A DNA stretch of 52,314 bases from Octopus bimaculoides (Eukaryota): positions 30,514,856 to 30,567,169 of the forward strand of contig NC_068998.1 in the NCBI RefSeq assembly GCF_001194135.2, written 5' to 3'. Positions 1 through 12,100 of this stretch are shown one piece after another (the first letter of the stretch is position 1; every line of letters starts with the position of its first letter). A program made the translations under genes and the position numbers. The notes under the pieces are model-generated. The model worked only from the letters and a program-made list of their open reading frames with translations, was not told the origin of the DNA and did not search any database.

Positions 1-17
1 TATATATATATATATTG

Positions 18-668
18 TTGTATTGTTGTATTTGGGGATGGTCATGTTGCCAGTTTAACCATTAAAAACACACGCACTATATATTTGGTGTTGAATTGCC
101 TAAGCTTTATTTTACATTAATTTGGCCAGAGTTTTTTCGTCACGCTTCTGTGACCTCATCAGTGGTCCTTTGCTTTCTTCTTTCCTATTTGTGTGTCTTT
201 CCTTACTAACGATCAGCTATTTTGTATTTTGTATTCCTACTGTATGTGTCTTTATTTGCGCATGCGTATCTCCCTATGTGTGTCTATGTTTAGTAAGTGC
301 GTGTGTGTGTATGGGGAGTGCCTGTATTATCTGTATCCCCTATTTATACACATTCGTTTAATTTGTTTTTATTTATTTGTTCATGTGTTTATACCTACTT
401 GTTTTTATTTTTTCTATTCTTTTTTTGTTTGTATTTAATTTTGTTTTGTTAACGTATATAGTTATTTAATTTCATTTGTTTATCTTTGTTCTTATTGTTA
501 TCAGTTTATGGGGATTTTATTCTGTCATATGTTGTTTGTGTTGGGGGTGTGTGCTAGTGTTCCATACGATTAATGTAATGTAAAATAAAGCTGAAACAAA
601 TTAACACCAAATATATAGTGCGTGTTTTTATGGGCTAAACTGGCAACATGACCATCCCCAAATATAAC

Positions 669-672
<4 letters not shown>
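18..672. repeat. Imperfect inverted repeat pair (arms ~18-123 and ~572-672), resembling PLE terminal (pseudo-LTR) sequence
   Basis: tatttggggatggtcatgttgccagttt...cactatatatttggtgtt near 27-93 is the reverse complement of aacaccaaatatatagtg...aaactggcaacatgaccatccccaaata near 603-664. A hammerhead-like core lies next to the left arm. Confidence 0.7.
124..168 (-). ncRNA. Degenerate minimal type I hammerhead ribozyme-like motif
   Basis: Minus strand reads ggacca-CTGATGAG-gtcac-agaagc-gtgac-GAAA-aaa-CTC-tggcc. The core and stem II are present; stem III is not formed. Confidence 0.45.

Positions 673-724
<52 letters not shown>
669..724. repeat. (CA)n microsatellite
   Basis: Direct reading. Confidence 0.98.
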
Positions 725-734
<10 letters not shown>

Positions 735-883
735 ATTATGTGTATTTCTTCTATCTTAATGAATAAAAATTCTTCTGATAGAATAAATGGGTTAATAGAA
801 ACCAATGTAGCAAAGAACACAAAATAACTGTGGTTAGCTCCTGTTTTTAAGGCAGGAACTCCTTGAAATTTTGGGTATTTGAG

Positions 884-1206
884 TATATTTAAAAATTTAA
901 GGATTGGAGAAAACGCATGTTATAATTGCATACTTTATTCCTACATATGTTTCAAAGGATTACAACCTGTGTGATCCATAGGGATCTTTGATATTAAAAT
1001 TGTAACCTTCTCATCTATTGTTTTCATAATCGGTCATAATGTCTTACGTTTAAGATGATTCCCATGCTTTCCCTGATGAGAAGGTTACAATTTTAATATC
1101 AAAGATCCCTATGGATCACACAGGTTGTAATCCTTTGAAACATATGTAGGAATAAAGTATGCAATTATAACATGCGTTTTCTCCAATCCTTAAATTTTAA
1201 AATATA
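884..1206. repeat. Near-perfect 132-bp inverted repeat (884-1015 / 1075-1206) with a 59-nt spacer
   Basis: The arms are reverse complements, with one mismatch seen by eye near the outer end. Confidence 0.95.
1069..1152 (+). ncRNA. Minimal type I hammerhead ribozyme (PLE-type)
   Basis: ttcc-CTGATGA-G aaggttacaa...ttgtaatcctt T-GAAAC-atat-GTA-ggaa. It has a 4-bp stem I, a long stem II, a palindromic stem III (ACATATGT) and a GUA cleavage triplet. Confidence 0.8.
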
Positions 1207-1379
1207 TATATATATATAAATTTAAATAATAAGGGTGAACAATTGAATATTAATTTGATTAATATCAAAACCAGTGGCCTAGCAAATTGAAAAATCTGAC
1301 GATTCAGAAAAATTATATTACATACATATAAGAGGGATGACCACTAAGTGGACATCCCTTTTGCTAGAAGACCACCTAC

Positions 1380-3835
1380 GGTCTGACCACCAAGAACAGA
1401 TTGTTCTCAAGAAAATTCAGCAAATACCAGAACGCAAGCGAGCAAGACAAATGAAAAGATACAAAATATAAAGAATTAATCATAGACCGTCTCCTACCAA
1501 GGAGACGGAAAATAAAAAAGACAAAATACTGAACATGCGAACTTCTGAATAACTAGAAAAACCAAACTTCGCTGCGGCTGCTGGAGTGGCTAGGAGATTC
1601 CTAAAAATTGACAAAACAGAGATGGAGAAACACAAGCAAATGATGAAAAGGCAGGGTCACGAATTAATAATATCTCCTCCTAGAGAAATATTTTAAAAAA
1701 AAGCAGGATGAAGTACAGTCATATACAAAATAGTTGTTTTAAAATAATAGGAGACTAGACACGGCGACCAAAGAGGCTGTGAAAAATACCTGTGGCGGTA
1801 CGTGGCGTTCCTCACGAGAGGAAAGAGGTTCGTCACGATAGCAGTGAGGTTCAACACGGAGGAAAAATCCTGCCCACTTATCTGGGAAGACGTACTTCCA
1901 AGATAAGGATGGAAGAGATTTCACCTGAGGTGAACACTGCCTGGCTTGTGGCAGCAATAACGATAGGCTTGGACGAGGAAATCACTGTCCTCCAAGCCAC
2001 AGAACTGAAGCAGCAAAATTAACAGGGAAAGGGGCTAGAAATGGTAATTCAAGCATCCCCTGCCGACCTAGAAAATATTGTCGACACCATCTACGTGGGA
2101 AACAATAAACTGCGTGGAAACGTCGAGAGAAGGAAGCCACGTTGTTATAAATGTAGACAAAAAGGACATATTAGGTCCGAGTGTGCTCCTCCCCTTGCGA
2201 TAACAGTGATACCCCTACCTCCCGTAAAGGCACCGAAACCTAAAAACACTGCACCCAAACCAATGACAACAACAGCACCTGTGAAACCAACAACACCAAC
2301 AACACCAGATCCACCAACAACACCTATAACACCAACAACACCAGAAGCACCAACACCAAGAACCTCCCAAGTGGAGGAAAAACCGTGGAAGACAACACAA
2401 ATTGGACTGTAGTAACAGGAAAAAGGAAGAATCCTCGTCCCACCCGCACAATCCCCAGCACACCAAGAAAGAAACAATTAACAGCACTAAAACCAAATCC
2501 CACCCCGATAAAACCTAATGGCAATTAATGCCGCCAACACTATACTTTAAAAAAAAAAAAAAAAGACATCCTCATAGCCATCCAATACCCAAAAGACACA
2601 ACGGAAAAAATAAAAATTTTTCGGATAGACAGTGTAAATTACCTAAATTTAAAAACCGAGTTCCAAAATGATGTGGGCCCTTTGAGGAAGGATCTTCCCC
2701 ATCCAAATTTATGAGGGCCTCGTCATAGAGATCTCACAAGCTCAGAGATAAATGGAATGAGACGAGTTAACGCCCATCTCCNNNNNNNNNNNNNNNNNNN
2801 NNNNNNNNNNNNNNNNNNNNNNNNNNNNNNNNNNNNNNNNNNNNNNNNNNNNNNNNNNNNNNNNNNNNNNNNNNNNNNNNNNNNNNNNNNNNNNNNNNNN
2901 NNNNNNNNNNNNNNNNNNNNNNNNNNNNNNNNNNNNNNNNNNNNNNNNNNNNNNNNNNNNNNNNNNNNNNNNNNNNNNNNNNNNNNNNNNNNNNNNNNNN
3001 NNNNNNNNNNNNNNNNNNNNNNNNNNNNNNNNNNNNNNNNNNNNNNNNNNNNNNNNNNNNNNNNNNNNNNNNNNNNNNNNNNNNNNNNNNNNNNNNNNNN
3101 NNNNNNNNNNNNNNNNNNNNNNNNNNNNNNNNNNNNNNNNNNNNNNNNNNNNNNNNNNNNNNNNNNNNNNNNNNNNNNNNNNNNNNNNNNNNNNNNNNNN
3201 NNNNNNNNNNNNNNNNNNNNNNNNNNNNNATTTATTTCTCTAGGCCAGCCTGGAGGGGAGAGGGGTGTTGCGGTTCTGTTCAGGAAAAATTGGGGTTTAG
3301 AGACAAGAGTAATCTTTATTGATCCAGAAGGCAGGCTGGTCGATGTTGACGTGACGCACGGCAGTGGTAAGACTTTCAGGCTTGTGGCTGTTTATTCCTC
3401 CCCGAGGGCTGGTCAGTCAGACTATTTTCGAGGCCTAGAGAATTTTCTAGGTACGTCACACTCCTTAGTGTTGTTAGGAGACTTTAACACAATCTGCGAT
3501 GCACGCGTGGATTGTGTTGGCTCGAATATAGATATCAGCTGGCAGATCTGTATAGACTAGAACACCCTGACGTTCCAGTGTGGACATGAATTAATGGTAA
3601 CAGGTCTTCTAGATCTTATATAAACAGGCTATTTGTTAGTCGTATAACGATTGAGTTAGGCGTCGACAATTGCAAAACGTCAACTACAGTGATCACAAGC
3701 TTGTGACCTGTAAGTTTGACCTAGATAGGTTACATAGGTAAGGTCCCGCCTACTGGAAACTCAACAAGTCCTTTTTGGCTGATGAGGAGTACAGGAGTCG
3801 GATTAGGTTGTTAGTAACGAGGGAATTGACCGGTT
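1380..3835 (+). mobile_element. Tx1/L1-clade LINE copy A, degraded (ORF1 with CCHC knuckle; ORF2 APE endonuclease portion), spanning an N gap
   Basis: CYKCRQKGHIRSEC knuckle in ORF 2041-2412. Endonuclease motifs ERGVAVLF, RLVAVY, LVLLGDFN and SDHKLV (3230-3700). Confidence 0.85.
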
Positions 3836-3896
3836 CTGCCGGGAATGGCACTCGTTTGTGCTTCCTCGACGAGCCCATCTGCGACACGCGTCAAGG

Positions 3897-5000
3897 AGTG
3901 TGACGTGCCTAGAAAATTCTCTAGGCCTCGAAAATAGTTTGACTGTCCAGCCCTCGAGGAGGCATAAACAGCCACCAGCCTGAAAGTCTAACCACTGTCG
4001 TGCCTCACGTCAAGGTCGACCAGCCTGCCTTCCGGATCAGTAAAGATTACTCTTGTCTCTAAACCCAGGTTTTTCCTGAGCAGGACCGCAACACCCCTCT
4101 TCCCACTTCAGGCTGACCGGGAGAAATAAATTTTTCGTAGCCGTTTAAGAGGAGAGGAAAAGCTCTCAGTCCACTCAGCCAGGTTTTTGTAACTACTACC
4201 ACATCCAATCTATGCAACCTGAGGACATCGATGAAACGCTCGTTTCCAATTTGACCCCAGGCCGCGAACATTTAAACACCCTACGTGAGAGTAAAGATGA
4301 AGAAAAACTTTGTTTACCTTATGCTGGAGATGGGCGTTAAGTCATCTCATTCCATTTATTTCGGAGCTTGTGAGGTCTCTATGCTGAAGCCCTCATAAAA
4401 ATGGTGGGGATCCTTCCTCAGAGGGGCCACGTCATTTTGGAATTCAATTTTTAGATTCAGCTAATTTATACTGTCACTCTGGTAAATTTTAATTTTCTCG
4501 GGCATGTCCTTTGGATATTGGATGGTTGTAGGGATTTCTTTTATTTTTTTATGGTATTTTCAGCATTGATTGCCATCAGGTTTGTATTAGGGTGGAACTT
4601 GGGGCGGGGATTTTTGTTTTTCTGTTGTTAATTGTTTCTTTTTGGCGAAGTTTAGTTTTTCTAGTTGTTCAGAAGTTGGTATGTTCAGTATTTTGTCTTT
4701 TTTTATTTTCCATCTCCTTGGTAGGAGACACAATATTTTAAGCCCCTTGACGGAACTCGACACTTTTTTTCCCATCTCCTTAATGGGAGACACAATTTTA
4801 TTCTCCATAACGTAGTAATTTTTCATTTTTTTGAAAACCCCACTGAAAAAATAATAATTCCCCCTTCAAGCAAGGGGGGAATCAACAATAAACGCCGCAA
4901 GCAGCAGCAATAAAGTTCTTCAACAAAACAACAGGTTCAACAAGCTTCAACAACAATAACACACTTACTTATCACCGGTCAAATAATCACAAAAAAGAAG
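3897..5000 (-). mobile_element. Tx1-like LINE copy B (5' UTR, shortened ORF1, N-terminal endonuclease), inverted relative to copy A
   Basis: Reverse complement of 3897-4063 closely matches 3297-3465, and 4330-4650 matches 2460-2780. ORF 4059-4271 resembles an endonuclease N-terminus. Confidence 0.85.
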
Positions 5001-5099
5001 TCCAGATAGAGAAGAACTGGAACGAGGTGACGAGCAGGGTGACCCTCCTAACCAAGACCTGGTCTGGGCCGATGGCTATCTCTGAAAGGGAGGGCGGAG

Positions 5100-6070
5100 G
5101 TCGCAAATGTGTTTATCGCTTTACGGAAGATGGGGGTATCACTGTTTTCTCGAGGGGAGGAGCACACTCGGACCTAGTATGTCCTTTTTTTCCACATTTA
5201 TAACGTGGCTTACCCCCCTCGAAATTTACACGTAGTTTATTGTCCCTCACCTGGACGGTGTCGAAACATCTAGGTCGGCAGGGACCACTTGAATTATCAT
5301 TGTAAATGGACCAAAGCCCCACCCTTGCCAGGAATCCTATTAATCTTCTCCAAGGTATAGCGTATGAGGTTGAGAATTTCCTGAATGGATCTGCCGGGAA
5401 TAGCACATGTTTGTGCTTCCCTGACGGGTCCATCCGCGATACACGCCAACATTTTCGCAAGTACCTTGACCAAAATCTTCAGTTCTGCAGAGTGATGGGC
5501 CGGAAATTCTTTACTAATTCCCCCTTGTTTGGTACCTTTCTTTGCAGTGTCACCACATCCCGGCTCACAGATCTGGGTATAAACCCATTCTGCTGCCAGT
5601 TGGCAAAGATACATGCAAGTAGGTTCCCAAACAAGTCTGGCAAACTCCGGAGATTTGTTCCCGCTGCAGTCCGACAAAGCCTCCTGCACCTCCGCAGCTG
5701 TGATCGGCCTTTCACAGTATTCCGCTTCTCGCCCTGGGAGACACGACAATCTGCAAGGAAGTCCTTGAGGTCCCTCCTACACTCCGGCCCACCACCCCTC
5801 CCGAAAAGCTGGGCGAAATCCTCCTGGAAGACCTTACACATCTCCTCGGGTCCGTTTACAAGGTTCTCCTGTTGGTCCGTCAAAGACTTTATTGTGGCAT
5901 CATTACCACGTTGCACCTCTATCAGACGGGCCCAGCCAGCGGCCTTGAAATCCTTCCTGTCTCATTGCACGCTGCTTTGCCCTAACTATGCACCCCTCAT
6001 GTCTAGCTAAAACTTGGGATGTTGAACCAGACTTTAGTGCCTCATCTAAATCCTTAGTTAAATCCCTTCC
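5100..6070 (-). mobile_element. Tx1-like LINE fragments (N-terminal RT region joined to an ORF1 knuckle piece)
   Basis: KNFRPITL, ELKILVKVLAKML and AQTCAIPGRSI in ORFs 5297-5916; YKCGKKGHTRSEC in ORF 5113-5460. Confidence 0.85.
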
Positions 6071-6074
6071 TATC

Positions 6075-6780
6075 CATAATTAATTCCAAAAGTCCCTGGC
6101 TTGGCAGTGTTACAGAGGACAAACTCGCAAGGCATGGAGTTCAGTCCACGCCTACTTGATGCAAACAGGACAGAGAAACTGCCCAGCATGCTATTGCGTA
6201 GTGTCCAAAAATCTCGGAACTGTGGATTTACGCCGAACAGCTGCTGTCCCGTCTGGGAAGAGAACAATTATCGCCCGAATCAATCATAAAGATTGCTCCG
6301 CCGTCTTCAAAGAAGAAAATGTTTGTTTTCTCGTTGTTATTGCTATGGCAGAAGAGGCAGTATGGAAGTCCCGAATGAAAGGAGTAACGCCGGGCGTCTT
6401 CATCTCCGGCCGGAGTTTGGTGAGTTTCCTTATTTTCAATCTTAGAAAAGGAAAATATGGCTGGAGAGGAGAAGTCTGTCGTCTGTTATATATAACAAAA
6501 AATGGAAGAATGTTGTATAAATGTTGAGTATGAATGACCATACATGAGTGTAAACCATGAAGGAAAATTAAAAAGGTTTCAATGGTGAGCTTGTAGTGTC
6601 GGGGCCGAACCTGTCCCCCGCTTCATTGTTCTGTTTTCTTTTGTTCATCTAACATAGGCATATATTTGTCTAAAAATTTAAAATCTTCATTTTATGTAAA
6701 ATTTCATACGTTTTTATCGACCCGTATTTTTGTATTATCCCCTCTCTGCTGGCCCCCAGTGGGCAATAAAGAATTAAACC
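6075..6780 (+). mobile_element. Tx1-like LINE 3' fragment (C-terminal Cys-rich domain plus 3' UTR)
   Basis: Homologous to 11900-12563 (AMAEEAVWKSRMKG vs AIAKEVVWETRLKG). Ends gggcaataaagaatt. Confidence 0.85.
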
Positions 6781-6802
6781 AGAAATGTGAGACTTTGACG
6801 TT

Positions 6803-7603
6803 GTTCTAAAGGCTACACTCAGCAAGGCTGATGAGGTGGTGCTTCTGCCCATATACTTTGGAAGACGTACTCCTAGGGTTAGGGTAGAAAACATACCCCC
6901 AGAAATAGATGTAGCACGGCTCATAAAAACTGGCAAGGGCAGAGCCTAGATATGATAATCCAGGCAGCCCCGGGGGACCTCGAAAATATGGTTGAGACCA
7001 TCACGGTCGTGGAGGTGACACTCATGCTCAGAGTGGATAGCAGGAACCCGCGCTGCTACAAATGTGGTCTGAAATTCCACATTAGAGTGGGTTGTCCTCC
7101 ACCACCTGTAAGGACACAAGAGGATTCCGGGAGCAGGACGGAAACCGCACCTCCACCTCCGGCTGAAACCAGTACTAGCTCCGAGAATGGAGATGAGAGT
7201 AAAGAAAGAAAAGAATGGGAAACAGCATGAAAAAAAGAAAGAGGTGAAAGAAAGCACAGTCTGTAAATGTTGACCCCCATCCCATACCCAACCGACTCCC
7301 ACCCAAACCCACTCTGCATCACCCTTCTTCTGCAGACACCAATCCTCTCGCTACCCCACCTGACACTGAAAAGAAGAGCACAATCACACAGGAGCCCAAA
7401 CTTACTCACCTCGCCCTCTGAGGAAAGTAAAAATGTTGTATTGTATAATACGACCAACGAAAAAGACATAGACACTTGGGACAGGATGATTTCTCATTTT
7501 TCATCTTATTTTTTATTCATCCTTTCTTATCCATTACTTTTTTGTACCTACCTTGTGTTGTCCCTCTATGTTTGGCTCCCTGTGGGCAATAGAGAAATCA
7601 ACG
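6803..7603 (+). mobile_element. Tx1-like LINE, internally deleted (ORF1 piece plus 3' UTR)
   Basis: CYKCGLKFHIRVGC knuckle variant and a PIYFGRR motif; 3' tail ttgtccctctatgtttggctccctgtgggcaatagagaaat at ~7558-7600. Confidence 0.8.
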
Positions 7604-7793
7604 AGAAATGTGAGACTTTTTGTAAGTTTGACGTTATTTTGGGATTATTTTGTTGGTTTAACTCAGTTGTATTGTTACTTTGTTGAACTTTTGTTTTAGT
7701 GTGTTTGCAAAACACCTTGTTTACTGCTTATGGTAGACTTTTGTTAACGTTTTCCCCAGGTGTGAGGGGGGTATTTTTATAACAATTGAAAAA

Positions 7794-9100
7794 ATGGATA
7801 AATCACCCATAGAAACCAGAACCAGAACTTCGGACAAGTTCAAAGAAAAATACGACAAACTGCGAAAACAACCCAGTAATAAGGAACATGCCGTCAGGCG
7901 AAGAATTCGTTCAAGGGAGGAAAAAAAAAACCTATTAATTTTGCGGCAGCGGCTAGAATTTCGAAGAAGATAAAAAACTTCGAAAGCGATGAGCTTGTTA
8001 AAGATGATGAAAAGGGGGACAGTGATTATCCATCTCAGCGAAACTACTCACAGGGCACTGATTTATAAATCGTGTCTCATCAAGTAAAAAAAAACAACAG
8101 GATAATGCAAGCAATGAAGCTATGGAGCTGTGCTTCCGTCCAGTTTGGAGCGACGTGGCGTACATCACGAGTGGAGTGAAGTATGCTACGATAGAAGTGC
8201 GCTTTAAATCTGAGGATAAAGCCAAGCAGGCTTCGACAGAGTCGTTAAAAACTGTTGAGTTGGTACTCGTACCTACTTACCTTGGAAGACGGACTTCCAG
8301 GATTAGGGTAGGAGACATTCCATCCGAGGTAGACCCAGCTTGGTTGGTGGCAGCCATAGTGACCGGCTCGGAGGACAAAATTACGATTTTCCAAGCCACC
8401 GCGTTGGAATTACAAAATTAGCAGGGGCAAGGGCTTGAGATGCTCATCCAAGCAGCCCCGGTCAATTTAGAAAATATTATTGACCCGTACAGGCGGGGAA
8501 GAGTAAGCTGCGAGTCATGGTCGAAGAGAGGAAGCCTCACTGCTAAAGTGTGGCCAAAAAGGCCACATTAGGGCTGAGTGCCAACCTCCCCTCGAAAAAG
8601 CAGTGATTCTCCCACCTGTCGAGGTAAAAAGGGGGGAAAAACAGACGCCTTGTGAAACCCATGAAGAGTCGACAGAAAGCGGAACAGAAGAAGAGGAGAT
8701 GGAGGAAACTCAAGTAAAAGGTTTGAAAAAATCTCCAGAAAAAAAGGCAACTACTCATCCCATCTAACCCCACTAGCCTACAACAAAACAAAACAAAAAC
8801 AAAAACAAACGAACAGAGCATACAGTCACAAAAAAATTCCCAACCCAAATTGTTCCACACCCACCTAGACACATTGCCTGCAATACTGCAGAATTTAAAA
8901 GAATTGCCTAAAAACTTCGAAGGGAGAAACATTCCCGAAAACATCGCTATCTATACAATAGACAGAATGAACTACTTCATTTTTTTAAATCGATTCCAAG
9001 ACGACATAGGCCTCTGAGGAAAGATTTCTCCTCACAAATGTATGAGGGCCTAGTCAGCGACACTCCGCAAGCCCCGGACGTAAACCCAAAGGAATGAGAT
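7794..9100 (+). pseudogene. LINE ORF1 (gag-like; RRM-like region plus degenerate zinc knuckle), disrupted
   Basis: ATG at 7794. Segment YATIEVRFKSEDKAKQASTESLKTVELVLVPTYLGRRTSRIRVGDIP is conserved across the other copies. Stops and frameshifts are present. Confidence 0.75.
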
Positions 9101-9199
9101 GGACGTGCCACCCCATCTCAAACCGTAAGTACAACCATTATGGATATACTTTATGTAGAGTGTTTGAATGTACGTGGCCCGGAGTCTGGGTGGAAACAA

Positions 9200-12100
9200 G
9201 TCCTTTCCTTAATGACCTCAGGTCGCATAGAATGGGTGTTATAGTTTCCACAGAATTCAGACTGAGTATGGCTACGAGAAATGAATTTCTCCATACCTAC
9301 CTGGAGGAGGGAGAGGTGTCATTGTGCTATTCAAAAAAAATTTGGATTTAGAGACAAGAACTATCGTCATCGATATGGAAGGTAGATTGGTTGTCCTTGA
9401 CGTGACGCTAAGCAGTGGTAGCTGTCTATGCTCCCCCGAAAGCTGGAGAGTGATTTTTTCGAAGCCTAGAGAAATTCCTAGGTACGTCTCACACAATAGT
9501 AATATTAGGTGACTTTAGCGTGATCTGCCTGTAATGCATGCGTAGATTATGTTGGCTCGTCTACGGATAGGAAGGGAAACCCATGCTTAAAAAAATCTGC
9601 TCAGTTGGGTCGGTTTCAGCTGGCAGATAAGTATAGACAAGATGTTCCAGGCGCTCCATTGTGAACATAGATTAAGAGCGATGAGTCATTTAGATCTTAT
9701 TTAGATAGGATTCTAATTAGGGAAATAGACAAAAACCTAGTTAGTCGTCCACGATTTCACTATGTCAGTTACAGTGATCACGAATTTGTGACCTGTAGGC
9801 TGGACTTAGATAAGTTACGTAGACGGGGATCTGGCTACTGGAAACACAATAAGCCTCTTCTGGCTCTCGAGGAGTACAGGAGTCGGATTAGGCAGTTAAT
9901 GTTGGGGGCATTGTGTGGAGCCATTATTAACAACAAATGGTGGTATGCCCTCAAAAGAGCCATAAAGTTTGAGTCCATTAGATATAGTAAAGAGTTAGCC
10001 GCTATGAAAAATAGAGTAGAAAGGGCTTTAAGTTAGGGCCCTAGATTAAAGCACTGGGATCTTGCTCCGCGCCCCTAGTTTTACCTGCGAGATTGGCTCT
10101 TAACCAACACCTCGAGGCTAAACACGAAGAATGCATAGTCAGGGCTAAGCAACGTGCAATGGGACGAGAAGTAATCAAAGCTGTTGGATGGGTCCGTGTG
10201 ATATGAAACCCAACGTGGTAATAATGGCACATTAAGGTCTTTGACGAATAATCAAGGGAACTTGATAAACGAACCCGAGGAGATGTGTAAGGTTTTTCAG
10301 GAGCATTTCGCCCTGATTTTCGGGAGGGGCGGCGGTCCGGAGTGTAGGAGGGACCTCACAGAATTCCTCGCCGGCCTGCCGCGTCTGTCGGGGCGGGAAG
10401 CAGAATGCCTGTGAAGGACCGATCACAGCTGCGGAGATGTAGGAGGCTTTGTCGGACTGCAGCGAGGACAAGTCGCTGGGACTAGATGGTTTCCCTACGC
10501 GCTTTATTACAGTATGCCAATCTTGTTTGGGCACTTACTGGCATGCGTCGTCACCAACTGGCAGCATAATGGGTTTATACCCAGATCTGTGAGCCGGGTA
10601 ACGCTGATTGGAAAGGACCCAAACAAGGGGGCTATTATAGATAATTTCCGGCCCATCACTCTGCTTAACGCAGAGTTGAAAATTTTGGTCAAGGTAATTG
10701 TAAAAAGGTTGGCGCATGTTGCATGTGGAATCGCCGGGGAAGCACAAACTTGTACCGTCCCTGACAGATCCATACACGACAATCTCCGCCTTATACGCTA
10801 CATCTTAGAGAGGGTTAACGGGTCTCCTGGCAAGGGTGGGGTGCTGGTTCATTTAGACCAGTCTAAAACTTTTGACAGGGTTGACCATCAGTATTTGGTG
10901 TCGGTCCTCACGGCGTTCGGGCTTGGTCCCGTCTTCCGCGGGTGGATCATTGCTTTATACAGCAACATCGACTCGATCATTCGGATGAATGGTTTCTTCT
11001 CGAAGCCATTCAGCATCAACCGCTCAGTTCATCAAGGGTGTCTCTTCTCCCTACTTCTGCATGTGTTGGCTTTGGAGCCCTTACTGCAAAAGTTGGAGTG
11101 CTAGAGGGGCGTCCTACGCGATCTAGGTTGGAGAATGAAGGTTTCGGCGTACGCGGATGACATCACCATCATCGTGTCTAAGGTGATACACCTATAGAGG
11201 GTAGGCGAGGTCATTTAGGACTACGAGGCGGTGGCAGGAGTAAAAGTTAACCGGGATAAGTCAGTCAGCTTGCAACTCGGCACCTGGAGAGGCAAGACGA
11301 TACCTCCCAACAACGTCGTAGGGCGTTGGACGGAGGGAGCGGTTAAAATGCTAGGGGTTTGGTTTGGTCCAGCCTTCCAGATAGAGAAGAATTCGGGCGA
11401 GGTGACGAGTAGGATGATCCACCTAACTCAGGCCTGGTCTGGGCGGCGGCTATCCCTGAAAGGAAAGGTGAAGGTTGCAGAAGTGTTTGTCGCTTCTCTG
11501 ATTACCTACCGCCTAACGTCGTGCCTTGCTCTGGTTCGTGGCTGATCAAGTTGGAGTGTCTGCTCTTTCGCTTTTTGTGGAAGGGTAGCCTCTGTAAAGC
11601 ACTGTCTGCACCCACTAATGGGTGGGCTGGGGATCCATTGGCTGTTGATGCGCAGACATGCGCTGAGGCTGAGGTATCTGTGACTCTACCTGGATGGTGA
11701 ACAGGTGTGGTCTCCGTTCGTTCTATCGTTACTTCCTAAGTTTAGTAGTTTTAGTGAACTAGGACCTTGGATCAAGTGTAGACCAAAGTTGGGTACTTGC
11801 GGGGAGACTCTAGGCTTCGATGAGGGTCAGCCTGTTCCGAAGGACATTTGGGCCAGGACTCTTGGATAACTTCCAAGGAACCCTGGCCTGGCAGTGTTAC
11901 CAAGGAGCCTTACCAGTCCGCGATAAACTCACAAGGCATGACGCCCCTTGTTCACCCACGTGTCCAAGATGCGAGGAGGACAGGGAAACCATTCTGCACG
12001 CAATTGTGCAATGCTCCCAAATTTCTGAAATGTGGATTTACGTTGAACATCTGCTGTCGCGGCTGTCACTGTCATCCGAGTCGATTGTAAAGATTGTTCC

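Noticed and set aside
481-508. Faint similarity to U2 snRNA (atct..gttcttat..tatcagttta)
   Set aside because: Short, gapped match in T-rich sequence with no other U2 elements.
122-820. Hydrophobic ORFs in T-rich and microsatellite DNA (also 18329-19501, 21321-21758, 41744-42311, 50069-50658)
   Set aside because: Low-complexity translations with no domain signal.
1333-1367. Hairpin gggatgaccac-taa-gtggacatccc followed by CTAG (Helitron 3' end pattern)
   Set aside because: The next base is A rather than the expected T, and no matching 5' end was found.
2757-3560. Long ORFs spanning N runs (also 38413-39055, 42226-43338, 47765-48688)
   Set aside because: Their length is an artefact of translating N as X; only the flanks are informative.
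3779-6840. Other CTGATGA hits (3779, 6827; also ~31775, ~47861)
   Set aside because: No stem II, GAAA or stem I pairing; they lie within TE coding sequence.
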